Assembly (NCBI RefSeq): GCF_006345805.1
Contig: NC_042999.1
Span: 112,592,001 to 112,656,000 of the forward strand
DNA length: 64,000 nucleotides
Direction of reading: 5' to 3'
Origin: Octopus sinensis
Lineage: Eukaryota
In this document: positions 1 through 13,519 of the stretch, one piece after another
Layout of the letters: every line of letters begins with the position of its first letter
How positions within the stretch are numbered: position 1 is the first letter of the stretch
The notes under the pieces: model-generated
The model's input: only the letters and a program-made list of their open reading frames with translations
Database searches by the model: none
What the model was told of the DNA's origin: nothing
Made by a program: the position numbers and the translations under genes

Positions 1-152
1 TTGTAATTCAGTTTCATGTTGTTTTTTTGTCTCTCTGACCATGTCTGCTATGTTGTCGTCTGAGGTCAGTGTGTCACGTAGTTTGCTTCTGTTTTTTTTT
101 TTTTCTATTTCCATTTTCGTGAAACCAAATGATTGTCGTAAATGAGTGCCAT
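1..152 (-). mobile_element. Fragment of RLE-type LINE, near-identical to 3981-4126
   Basis: Direct sequence match to 3981-4126 (attcagtttcatg...aatgagtgccat); ends at the N gap. Confidence 0.8.
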
Positions 153-252
153 NNNNNNNNNNNNNNNNNNNNNNNNNNNNNNNNNNNNNNNNNNNNNNNN
201 NNNNNNNNNNNNNNNNNNNNNNNNNNNNNNNNNNNNNNNNNNNNNNNNNNNN
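153..252. other. Assembly gap (100 N)
   Basis: Run of exactly 100 N. Confidence 1.
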
Positions 253-539
253 ATATATTTATATGTTAGCATTGTGTACATGATACGTTAATACATATAT
301 TAACATTATTATACATGTGTATATCATATTATACATTTGTATATTATATACACAGGTACATATATAATAGAGAGATATATTTACGTACACATGCATTATA
401 TATATGCCTATTCATGTAATAAATATGCATATATATAAATATGCAATTGCAATTGTATATTTCTCTCAACTCACTCCTCTCTTTCTCGCTCTCGGTCTCT
501 CTCTCTCCCCCCTTCCTCTCTCTCTCTCTCTGCATCTTT

Positions 540-586
<47 letters not shown>

Positions 587-684
587 CGAGAGAGAGAGAG
601 AGAGAAGATTATGCAAGAGACATATAGAATATATGGCATATGAGCACATCCCATATATAAATCTATATATATATATTATACATC

Positions 685-736
<52 letters not shown>

Positions 737-756
737 TATCTATATAACCGTATATA
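253..756. repeat. (TA)n/(CT)n/(GA)n microsatellite mosaic
   Basis: Visible dinucleotide runs; the ORFs here are IY/SL/ER translations. Confidence 0.95.
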
Positions 757-972
757 TGAATAAATGAAAGAATGGATCGACGAAGATGTTAACAAAATTC
801 CTTTACTCTCGACACATGTTTTGAAGACAGCATATTTTCATTCTGAATGAATAAAGGGTGCATTATGCAATCTTCTCATCAGGAAAGAAAGGAGCCTCTC
901 TCAACAACAAGACAAACAAAATTTCGATGATTGCCTACATGGTACCCAAAGCGATAATGAGTGCTTTTTTTT
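757..972 (-). repeat. Left arm of ~210-bp inverted repeat carrying a hammerhead motif (Penelope pLTR-like)
   Basis: Reverse complement of 1473-1674 (tgaataaatgaaagaatgga ... caaagcgataatgagtgc versus cactcattatcgctttg ... tccattctttcatttattca), with small indels. Confidence 0.9.
800..892 (-). ncRNA. Type I hammerhead ribozyme motif, G12A core mutant
   Basis: Minus strand reads CCUUUCUUUC-CUGAUGA-GAAGAUUGCAUA...UAUGCUGUCUUC-AAAA-CAUGUGUC-GAGAGUAAAGG. Stem II pairs at 11 of 12 positions and stem I is 10 bp with one bulge. GAAA reads AAAA. Confidence 0.75.
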
Positions 973-1094
973 AAAAATCCGTTATAAGCATTGACGTCAA
1001 AAATAGATAGTAGGAGGAAGTAAAAATAGGTAGGGGACAGTATGTTTGCTGTATGTATGGAAATGTGTGGGTGTGTGCTTGTGTTAATGAGTGC

Positions 1095-1143
<49 letters not shown>

Positions 1144-1472
1144 TGTGTATATAACTGCATTTGTGTCTGTGTGTGTGATGGGAGAGACAGACGTCAAAGA
1201 TAGGTAGTAGTAAGGGAAGATATAAAGGAGTAATAGGTAGGGAAGGGGAAGTGTACGTTGATTGAAAGAATGTACGGAGGCTTAGGAAAGAATTTCCCTA
1301 TAGCAGTGGTATGGACGTGAAGCTAATTGTTAAAACCACAGTGACTATCGTTTATCATTTATATGAGTAGAAAGTGTGTTTCTGCCAATGTTTACATTTG
1401 TACGATTTTTCTATGAGTGTGGTTTACTAGGGGAACCTTAGCGAAAAGAATATGGAAGAGCTACAATGTTAC

Positions 1473-1674
1473 AAAAAAACACTCATTATCGCTTTGTAGG
1501 CAATCATCGAAATTTTTGTTTGTCTTGTTGTTGAAGAGGCTCCTTTCTTTCCTGATGAGAGATTGCATAATGCACCCTTTATTCCTTCGGAATGAAATAT
1601 GCTGTCTTCGAAACATGTGTCGAGAGAAAAGATTTTGTAACATCTTCGTTCAACTCCATTCTTTCATTTATTCA
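1473..1674 (+). repeat. Right arm of the inverted repeat
   Basis: Reverse complement of 757-972. Confidence 0.9.
1542..1631 (+). ncRNA. Type I hammerhead ribozyme motif, intact core
   Basis: CTGATGA at 1552-1558; stem II 1559-1569 pairs with 1598-1609; GAAA at 1610-1613; palindromic stem III ACATGT; GTC cleavage triplet at 1619-1621; stem I 1542-1551 pairs with 1622-1631. Confidence 0.85.
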
Positions 1675-1819
1675 ATATACACACTCAATTTCTACACATG
1701 ACCCGAGTTTCTAACCCTTGACAGGTCGCTTCAACCGTGTTTTCTGACGTGAATTTCTACCCAGGTTTCGGTTAAACGAATTTTCCATGCTACAATAAAC
1801 ATAGGATAATTCACCTACT

Positions 1820-1880
<61 letters not shown>

Positions 1881-2049
1881 TATATAATATATATATATAT
1901 AATATATATTATATATATGGACTCTGTGTCATGAACGACAAATGAGGGTTTAGTAAAATAAAGCGGTAATCATGTTGTATGCCTGCTGGTGCCTTGCAAC
2001 CCTTTTGGTAAATGGAACAAGTTGAGGACTCAGTTTGCTTGAGTGCTTG

Positions 2050-2739
2050 TGGATCATTCACTATGTGTTTTCTTTTTTGGGGGGGGGGGACTGAATAGCA
2101 AATTGGTGATGAGAAATGGGTATCAAGCACCAAAGACAGTGGGTAGGGAATGGAGAAACACCAGCACCCCATACTAAAGAAGGTATTCACCCATATAAGG
2201 TGTTATCTGTCTGATGGGATATGAATGGTTTAGTCCACTTTGGAATTTTAAACACAAACCAAACGATGAAAAAGGAGATCAACTGCGAGCAGCTTGAGTC
2301 GCTTAAATCAGTGCTAGAAGAAAAACAACTATTTTTGGTTTGAAGACGAAATGGTGTTCTTCCATCAGGATAATGCTCGCCACATACAGTGAGGATGACA
2401 TTCCAAAGGCTGGAGCAGTTTGAATGGGAAACAATGCTCACCCACCATATTCACCAACATTGCCCCATCTGATTATCATTTATTCTGCAGTCTTCAAAAT
2501 CATTTGGACAGAAAAAATATGAATTCTGTAGATGAGGTCAGAACAGTACTGGAGCAGTATTTTTCATCACGGACAAGTGGATTTTGGAAGAAGGGCCTTG
2601 CAAGTCTACCAGATAGATGGAAGATCACTGTAGAAAAAGAAGGAGAGTGTATTTTAGATTTTAAAAAAACTTTGTTTATCTTGGTTTTGGAAAATAAAAA
2701 AAGTATAAAAAAGCACATTATTTATGGGATGACCCAATA
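2050..2739 (+). mobile_element. 5'-truncated mariner (DD34D) transposon remnant
   Basis: Frameshifted GDEKWV, FHQDNAR and IAPSDYHLFCSLQNHL motifs; probable 3' TIR ...tttatgggatgacccaata followed by TA. Confidence 0.9.
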
Positions 2740-2875
2740 TATACATATATGTATATGTATGTATATAAACATACACACACATACTTACATACATAAACAT
2801 ACATACACACATATATACATATATATGTGTGTGTGTATGTGTATGTATGCATATATTATTATTATTATATAACTG

Positions 2876-4126
2876 TCCAATATTTGGGTAGATTGAGGCA
2901 ACTTTCTAACTGCATCATCTACTACATCTCTCTGTGGTTGCTGGGGTGTGTGCAGCATTGAGTGTTCTATTCTGCTGTTGGGGGTGTGCAAACTCTTCCC
3001 ATACTGTATTGTGTTAACTTTTTTCTTGGGGTGTGGTGTTGTCTTTGTTGGTTGCTTGTATGTGTGCGTTGAGTGTGTAATGTTTTGGTTTTCTAGCTTG
3101 CTGGTGGGAGTTTATTTCATTGGGTAGGTGCTGTATAGAAGGTGTCTTGTATTTGTGGGTTGTTTTGTTTAGGTCGTATTATTGAATTAATAATGTCTTC
3201 TGTAGAATGTGGGCTGTTCTTAGCAGGGCTATTTTTTGGACAATGTGTAGTGTTGAAGATCCAAGTATAGCTTCTACATTTTTTGTTATCATGTGATTTT
3301 TTTTATCATGCCCAATGCTCCAATTATTATAGGTATTGTTTTTTACCTTCATGCCCCACATTTTGAATATTTCAATTTTGAGATCTTTGTACATCGACAA
3401 TTACTCCACTTTCTTTTTTGAAATATTTTGATCAAAGGAATGCAATGTCTATCAGTAAGCAAGTGTTTTTTTTCCCCAATCCTTGACTATTATGTCTGGG
3501 TGATTAGCTTTTACTTTCTTGCCCTGTTTGAACCAGTATCTCCCAGATAATTGTGGCCTGATCGTTGTCTTGGTACCTTTCTTGGTACATGCTTATAGCA
3601 CCTGTGTCAGTTTTGATGTGTAACATTGGCATATTGGTCCAGTAGATATAACTGCTTACTTTTCATGTCTTTATACATATTCAGACTTGGCAAAGACTGG
3701 GCAGCCCGTGATGATGTGGTCAGCTGTTCGTTGTTTGTGGTTCACATTCGGTATTAGGTGTTGAGGCCTGTTTTCATTATTTTTTTTTTGGCTTTTATAA
3801 ATTGTTGGTTTGTAGTCAGGCAGGATTTTTGCAGAAAGAATCAAGTCCTTTTCCATTTCGGCTTTTAGTCCAGAGCTTTTGAGCCATTGTTAACTTTACT
3901 TAGCTCACTTCCTCTCTATCAAATCTTAAAGTCATTTTTCTCCCGACATCCATCATTTCTCTTCAGTAATCTTTTTTTCAATTCAGTTTCATGTGTTTTT
4001 TTGTCTCTCTGACCATGTCTGCTATGTTGTCGTCTGAGGTTAGTGTGTCACTGTAGTTTGCTTCTGTTTTTTTTTTTTTCTATTTCCATTTCGTGAAACC
4101 AAATGATTGTCGTAAATGAGTGCCAT
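2876..4126 (-). mobile_element. 3' part of a restriction-like-endonuclease non-LTR retrotransposon (R4/Dong/NeSL-like), decayed
   Basis: DHIITGCPVFAKSEY zinc-knuckle region; YKDLKIEIFKMW...IVQKIALLRTAHILQK C-terminus; 3' UTR ends at an (AAT)n-like tract near 2853-2875. Confidence 0.85.
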
Positions 4127-4239
4127 TCATGCAAATCATGTCTGGCCCTCAGAAAATATTACTCTTCTTAGAAAAAGTAAGTGTTGGTGACAGGAAGAGC
4201 ATCTGACCATGGAAAATAGACCTCAATAAATTACGTCCA

Positions 4240-4461
4240 TGCCATGCTGGAGCACTATCTTGAAGGATTTTAGTCAAACTTATTTTTTAAGCTTAGTACT
4301 TATTCTGTTGGTTTGTTTTGCTGAACCGCTAAGTTGCAGAGATATAAACATACCAACACCACTTGTCAAGCAGTAATGGGAGACACAAACACAGACACAA
4401 AGACACACACTCATAATATATACATATACATATATATATATATAGATATATATATAATATA

Positions 4462-4498
<37 letters not shown>

Positions 4499-4897
4499 AT
4501 ATATATATATATTTTCTTTTACTCTCTTTTACTTGTTTCAGTCATTTTACTGTGGCCATGCTGAGTACCACCTTTAGTCAAGCAAATCGACCCCAGGACT
4601 TATTCTTTGTAAGCCTAGTACTTATTTTATCAGTCTCTTTTGCCGAACCACTAACTTACGGGGGCATAAACACACCAGCATCGGTTGTTGGGGGCACAAA
4701 CGCAGACACACAAACACACACATATATATATACATATACATATATATGATGGGCTTCTTTCAGTTTCCGTCTACCAAATCCACTCACCCAAGGTGCCATG
4801 CAGTGGGACGAACCTGGAACCATGTGGTTGCTAGGCAAGCTACTTACCACACAGCCACTCCTGCACCTATAGCTACTTACCACACAGCCACCCTGCA

Positions 4898-4900
<3 letters not shown>
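4240..4900 (-). mobile_element. tRNA-derived SINE family B: one partial and one near-full copy with a duplicated head
   Basis: Matches copies at 45950-46220 and 51607-52008. The tRNA-like head (gcaggagtggctgtgtggtaagtagc...ggttccaggttcgtcccactgc) is partly repeated at 4840-4900. Confidence 0.8.
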
Positions 4901-4986
<86 letters not shown>

Positions 4987-5017
4987 TACATATATATACA
5001 TACATATATATCTATAT

Positions 5018-5079
<62 letters not shown>

Positions 5080-5130
5080 CAGGAGTGGCTGTGTGGTAGT
5101 AGCTATATTATATATCTATATATATATATA

Positions 5131-5173
<43 letters not shown>

Positions 5174-5525
5174 CTATACATATAGCTCCAAGTTAAATCT
5201 ATAGAACTGATAATTGCTAGTTAGTTACTTGGGTGGATGGGTGGGTGGATGGATGAATGGATGGATGAATAGATAGACAGATAGACAGATAGTTTGATAG
5301 CTGTGTATGTGTATTTATTGAAATATTTGCATGGATGGTCATAAATGCATATGTTTTTTATTGTGAAAGCATGTTTTTGTGTGTTTTTTGTGTACACAAA
5401 TTCACATGTACATATACACATGCAAATACACACACACACACAAACATATACACACAGACATATGAATGAATTTACACAAAAATTTAGGTTTATGTGCAAA
5501 CAAATATCTATAGCTGAACATGTTT

Positions 5526-5558
<33 letters not shown>

Positions 5559-5585
5559 TTTTGTGTGTGTGTGTGTGTGTGTGTG

Positions 5586-5637
<52 letters not shown>

Positions 5638-5699
5638 ATAATCTACCCAAATACTTATATTCTTTTCTTTTCTTATTTTATCTGTTTCTTTGGCCAATC

Positions 5700-5790
5700 T
5701 ACTAAGTTACAGGGATGTAAACACACCAGCACTGGTTGTCAAGCAGTGGTGGAGGAGAAACACATACACAGACAAACACACACATACACA

Positions 5791-5856
<66 letters not shown>

Positions 5857-6043
5857 TGTGTGTATGTGTGTACATACATACAATGGGCAACATTCAGTTT
5901 CCATCTAACAAATCCCCTCACAGGGGTTTGCTTGGCCCGAGGTTATAATAGAAAACACTTTCCCAAGGTGGCATGTAGTGGGACTGAACCCAGGATCATG
6001 TGGTTGGGAAGGTAACTTCTTGCCTCACAGCTACACCTGTGCC
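5700..6043 (-). mobile_element. SINE family B, diverged copy with an internal (CA)n
   Basis: Aligns to 51740-52008. Confidence 0.75.
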
Positions 6044-6119
6044 CATTATTCTGTAGTAAACTTGTATAACTATGTGTTCTTCTGTGTCTCTGTCCCTCTT
6101 CCTGTGACATCTCTTCTGT

Positions 6120-6156
<37 letters not shown>

Positions 6157-6450
6157 GACACACACACTCACCTATGCTTTCAATATTTCTGAATTTACTA
6201 TCGAAAATTCAACGTTAGTTCAGTAAATATGTATATCATGTGCATTTCTATATGTAACTCTATATATATTACATGTGTTTGCGTGGGTGTGTGTATGTTG
6301 TGCGTGAGTCCACCAAAGTTAATTTATTGTAAATTACCATATGTATTTTTTCCACATATGAATACTCACACACGCAAACACACCCAAACACCCACCCACA
6401 CACACACACATATATATATGCATGTATGTGTGTGTCTGTGTATATGTGTG

Positions 6451-6484
<34 letters not shown>

Positions 6485-6585
6485 ATACACACATTTACAT
6501 TAATTATTTAAACTATGTACACTTGTATTTATATTCATGTATAATTTTTATAATTATACACTACATGTAAAATATTTGCATATAT

Positions 6586-6621
<36 letters not shown>

Positions 6622-6688
6622 CATACATACACACACACACACACAAATACATATTTAAAACTATATTTTGTGAGTTTGTATATTTGCT

Positions 6689-6734
<46 letters not shown>

Positions 6735-6743
6735 ATGTATGTG

Positions 6744-6775
<32 letters not shown>

Positions 6776-7342
6776 AGTGTGTGTTATATATTTTCATAAT
6801 TTATGTCTATCTTTTTTTTTGCTACTTGTTTTTGTTTTCTTTTCCCAGTTCCATTACCATATGTAGAACTAAACCGAATTCTGCTTACTGTAATTGTCTG
6901 TATGTCTGAGTGTTAGGATGATGCCAGGCCAGCCAGCGCAGTTCCATGGATTGTCAGATTTTGCGGATGCAAAATAAAATTTGTATTAAAAATCAATGAA
7001 ATTTCTTCAATATAGGTAAAAATATAATGCATAAAATAAATATTTATAGGAAATCTGAATATCTTGTCTAAGATAGACATAGGTGGTTATAACAAAGAAC
7101 TTTCCTCTTCTTATAGAACAAATATCAGAACATTTGAATATTCAATAGGGATACTGAAGAAAACTAACTATATTTTGAATGCATCATTAATGAATAGTTG
7201 GCTTCTTTCATTCTTTCTTTCTTTCTTTTAGTTTTCTTCTTCATTAATTCTTTTGTTATTTCATGTATTTTTTTCTTTTACCATTTTATTTTGTTTCCTT
7301 TATTTAGCTTTCTTTCTATTTCTTTGTGTTTTTCTTTTGTAG

Positions 7343-7373
7343 GAGAGGAGTTTACCAGCCTTTCTTTCATTAA
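7343..7373 (+). other. Candidate 31-nt microexon
   Basis: About 140 nt of pyrimidine tract ending ttcttttgtAG, then 31 nt, then GTAAGG. No partner exon or homology is recognised. Confidence 0.25.
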
Positions 7374-7649
7374 GTAAGGAATATTGGGATACATATATTT
7401 CTGAATATTATTAAAAGAATTGAATTTATACAGTAGAAGGTTTATTATTATATTTCAAGGATTAGACAAATATTCGCACAAAAGTATTGTGTTTTGATAT
7501 TTCACTCCATCTCTCTTCTTCTTTCTCTCTCTCTCTCTCTCTCTCTTGCTCTCACTTTCAATTTCTTTCTCTAACTCCCTTACATGCTTCAATTCTTCAT
7601 GGAGTATATGCAAGTTCATTAATATATATCATATACAAATATGTACACA

Positions 7650-7742
7650 CACATGCATCCACCCACAAAGATATGTATATGTATGTACATATATACTATG
7701 CATGAATTTATGTACATTTTATAATATATATATACATACACA

Positions 7743-7775
<33 letters not shown>

Positions 7776-8771
7776 GATATATATATATTATATATATCTC
7801 ATATATACAACACACACAAAATATACATTATATATATATATTCAATGTGTTTGGGTGTAGATAACATATATATGCACATGCATACATATAAATTTTTGTT
7901 CGCACACACATACACTTGCACACGTATTTATATATGTATATATATATATATTCATATATATATATTTAATTATGTGGTGTGTGTGCATGTTGTGTGTGTG
8001 CGTGCGAGTTTGTGTGTGTGTGTGTATATGTGTGTGTATATACATACAAATAAACGTATATAAACATTTATAAATATGTGTGTATGCACAAATATATAGA
8101 TATATATACATACACACACATAACAGCATATATAAAGTATGTATAATTCATAAAATATATTTATTTAATGTGTGTGTTTGTGTGTGTGTGTGCATGTGTT
8201 ATGTGTGCTTATGCATATATATATATATATATATACACACTATACATATATATATGTATATATATGTATGTGTGTGCATAACTGTATCAGTGTGCATATG
8301 TGTATGTGAAGGTATGTATGTGTGTGTATATATATATAAACATATATATATATGATTGCATGTAACATGTATAGTTATATGCATGTATTTATGTGTGAGT
8401 AAATAAATATATGTAGCATATATATTCATATGTATGCATTTATGCCTATTTGTGTGTGTCTGTGCATGTGTGTGTGTCTGAGCATGTGTGTGTATATGTA
8501 TATATATATATAAAATATATATAATATATATGTATAATATATATATACATACATATATTTATATACATGCATATATATAAACATATATATATCTTATATA
8601 CACATATTATACATACATACATACAAATCAATATATATACATACATTATAAAGACTAGATATATATGATATATATATATTTTATATATATACCTAATATA
8701 TATATATATAATATATATATGTATATTATTATACACATATATGTGATTATTATTATATATGTATTATATTT

Positions 8772-8805
<34 letters not shown>

Positions 8806-9113
8806 TATATTATATATATATACACTCACTATTATATATAAGGATTGTTCCATAAATAAGATAATAAAATGTGATTACAATTCTAAAAAGACAAAGAATT
8901 TTTCTCAATATAGATGGAAATAAATCGTAATAATTTACTGCATGTCATAATATATTGCTTTCTGTATAGATATAGACACAGAGTCACATATGCACACACA
9001 CACATATATATATATATGCATACATATATGTGCATATATATATATTCAAATATATATATATATATATATATACACATAAATATATATATATATATTATTA
9101 TACATAAATATAT

Positions 9114-9190
<77 letters not shown>
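7650..9190. repeat. (TA)n/(TG)n/(CA)n microsatellite block
   Basis: Visible simple repeats. Confidence 0.95.
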
Positions 9191-9820
9191 GCACAATGAA
9201 AACACTCACCATAAGGTGCAACATGCTACCAAAGCATATGGGTATATAGACCTCTCCTACACTCCTATCTCTGACATGGTTGGATAATCCTCTTAACTCT
9301 AGATAAACTAGTGTGCTGAGTCTATATGCTGTGTATAAGTAAAAAGGAATATAGAAAACAAGTTCAGTATTATTGCTTTACATATTGTATTTGTGTTTCA
9401 TAAGACACAGAGCATCAATTATATGAGCATGAAATTCAGTAGTGTGAGCTATCGCTGTTAGCCACATTTAATAAATTTAAAAGAAGTTCTAATAATATCA
9501 ATAATCTTAAAACCAGAATCAAAAGCAGTTATGATATTGACAACAATTAAGATATACACAAGAAAAGAACATATTGCTTTCTACTATATGTATAAAACTT
9601 GAGTGTTTAGGAGATGGGGCAGGTAGATAACATTGATTCCACTGCTCAACTAGTACTTTTTTTATCAATCCTGGAAAGTCAAACTCAGCAGAAATTAAAC
9701 TTAAAACATAGACAGAAGAAATACCACTTAACATTTTGTCCAGTGTACTAACAATTCTGCCAGCAGAATGCCTGAAAAATAGGAAAAGAAACAACAACAA
9801 CAACGACGACGATGCCCTGT

Positions 9821-10182
9821 TGCAGTAGAAGTAGTGGGAGAGTATCATAGCCATGTGTTTAGAGGGATTCTTTGGGATTTGAATAATTTACCTCTGGAAA
9901 CATGGGTATTTCGTTCAACACCCTTAAACAACTCTTATTCAAGAGCCATTTGAGCGTGATGGGCTACTCAACCTGAAGAAAATTCTAACTGGGCCCCACC
10001 TGCAAGATCATGCACTGTTTATCTTGATATGAGATCACCATGTCGAGCACATATGGTTGTGATGCATGTGCCTAGTGTACCCTTATCAGACAGGTAATCA
10101 TGATGAGTATACTGGATTTCGTATATTTTACTCCAGTGTCACTTTGATGGCATGCACTGCTCTCTCACTCAATAATAATAAT
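9821..10182 (+). mobile_element. Non-coding retroposon-like 3' end with an (AAT)n tail, same family as 32278-32765
   Basis: Reverse-complement match to 32278-32625; ends ...gcactgctctctcactc(aat)n. Confidence 0.8.
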
Positions 10183-10194
10183 AATGATATTAAT

Positions 10195-11347
<1,153 letters not shown>

Positions 11348-11349
11348 GC

Positions 11350-11590
11350 AATACATAGGCTAAACCAAAAACAGTTTACGTCAAAGGATGGCTCTACATA
11401 GGTCTCAGATCAAAATTTGGGAATACAGAAAAATAACATTCAGCGAACACATTGTCATTTGCGCCACTAACAAACAACCCAGCTTCAGAATTTTTCCCTT
11501 CTATAAACTCATAGACAATACAACCTGTAGTCAGCACATTAGTAAAGAGTCTTTCTTTATCACAAAATATAAACCCCTTTTGAATGCGTC
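11350..11590 (+). mobile_element. Penelope-like element fragment, GIY-YIG endonuclease C-terminal region
   Basis: Translation FSEHIVICATNKQPSFRIFPFYKL...KESFFITKYKPLLN resembles the PLE endonuclease tail (EH...F.I.PF..L...KE..FI..Y.P.LN). Confidence 0.7.
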
Positions 11591-11675
11591 CACCACAAAT
11601 GTCACTATACAAGGGCCTCAGAATAATACCCATGCAAATACTTAAAATGATATATTCAGAAGAGTCACTACTCAT

Positions 11676-11817
11676 GAATTTATTCAGAACAATTCCAATC
11701 ACTACTATTACAACCACAACGGTTCACTTTTAGGTCACTTGACCATTTAAGAGGATTCCACCAACGTCCTACTACTGTCATACCACTTCCGCATTCTTCT
11801 TCTTCTTCTTCTTCTTC

Positions 11818-11864
<47 letters not shown>

Positions 11865-12010
11865 TTCCTTCTTCTTTGCTGCCACCTCCTTTCCCAACTA
11901 CTACTACTTAAACAATCAAAACCAAGAATTCATATCAAATATTAGGACTTATAATAACTGCTACCTACCACCAAGAACTCATGTGAATAAAAAAGAGATA
12001 CAGAGACATA
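11676..12010. repeat. ~335-bp direct repeat, copy 1
   Basis: Aligns with 12395-12735 on both sides of a (CTT)n/(TTA)n tract. Confidence 0.85.
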
Positions 12011-12394
12011 TGTTTTTAGTGTTGTTGTTGAGCATACTTGGGCTTGTGTTAGGAGACTTTTCATAGCTTTGGGTTGTCTTTTGCTCTTTATGATGGCATG
12101 CGTTTGGAGGATTAAATTCATTCTGAGGTCCCTTTTTTAGAAGGGGAATGTTCTGAAGAATGGTGTCAAAGGCTTCATTATTAACAGGGTTGTGTGTGGA
12201 GATGTATGGTAGAACTTTTGGTTGTAAATCCTTCTTTAATTTGGGATGCCTGAGTTCATGGATGTTGAGTTGTAGGGCACGTTGAAAGCATATGTCAAAT
12301 AGTGATGGCGTTTAGTTCCTGGTAATTAGTGTATCCTTTAGTTCATGTAGTCGTGTGTTCCTGGTGCTTGTATTAGAAACTACAGTACCCATTA
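12011..12394 (-). mobile_element. Penelope-like element fragment, RT thumb/linker region
   Basis: Translation RLHELKDTLITRN...FQRALQLNIHELR...VLPYISTHNPVNNEAFDTILQNIPLL...PKAMKSLLT. Confidence 0.65.
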
Positions 12395-12735
12395 ATTTAT
12401 TCGGAACAATTCCAATCACTGCTATTACAACCACAACGGGTCACTTTTAAGGTACTTGACCATTTAAGAGGATTCCTCCAACAACCTACAACTGTCATAC
12501 CACTCCTGCATTTTTATTATTCTTTCTTTTTTCTTCTTTTTTTTCTTCTTCTTCTTCTTCTTTTTCTTCTTCCACTTCTTCTGCTTCTTCTTCACTGCTG
12601 CCACCTCATTTCCCAATTATTACTGCTGTTGAAACAATCAGAACCAAGAATTCATATCAAATATTAGGACTGCTACTACCTGCCACCTGCTACCAAGCCC
12701 TCACAAGAGTAAAAAAGAGAGACAGAGACAGAGAG
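12395..12735. repeat. ~335-bp direct repeat, copy 2
   Basis: Aligns with 11676-12010. Confidence 0.85.
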
Positions 12736-12910
12736 AAAAAAGGAAAATGCCCCTTGCATTTGAAAACTATGAAATATTTTGAAAAGACATTTCATTTAAT
12801 TTTTTCCACAATTTAATTGTTTTTCATGCTTTACTCTAAGTTGAAAAAGTCGCAAAGACTGAATCTGGTACTAAAATGTTCTTCATGATAAAATTATTTT
12901 AGCATTTTCT

Positions 12911-12947
<37 letters not shown>

Positions 12948-13320
12948 TACTGTTGTGTGATGAAAATTTTCAGCGGCTGTAAATATATGTCGAAGTAAAT
13001 TTTGAAGAATTGGAATATTCCGGCCATACCTGATTAACTTGTTGATAGCTTTCCTGCCTTATAATTTAAAATCTGAGGATTTTACCTTTTGGTTTTAGTT
13101 TTTACTTGTTCGTTTTCGGTTTTTTAACCTTCCATGTTTCCTATATGCTGCTTTCTCAACTTTTCGTCTTTCTTCTCTCATTCAACTTTCAGTTCGTTAT
13201 GATATAGGGTTTGTGTCTAATGAATATGTTTGAGATATTTCTAAACATATGGAACTGTTAATAGCACTTAAAGACATGTATTATTTCTATAAAATAGTGT
13301 GTGTGTGTGTGTGTGTGTAT

Positions 13321-13358
<38 letters not shown>

Positions 13359-13519
13359 TGTGTCGTGTGTGTGTGTGTGTCTGTGTGTGTATGTGTATGT
13401 GTGTGCATCATCGTCATTTAACGTTAGTTTTCCATGCTGGCATGGGTATACAAATATGCATGTTTTTAAGTTATATAAATATATGTACATATACAGAAAT
13501 TCCATGAGAATGTACACAG

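Noticed and set aside
6848-7015. GC-richer island with splice-like signals; peptides MMPGQPAQFHGLSDFADAK* (+) and DNPWNC (-, LRR-cap-like)
   Set aside because: No acceptor/donor pair gives a clean open exon on either strand, and the LRR-like match is only six residues.
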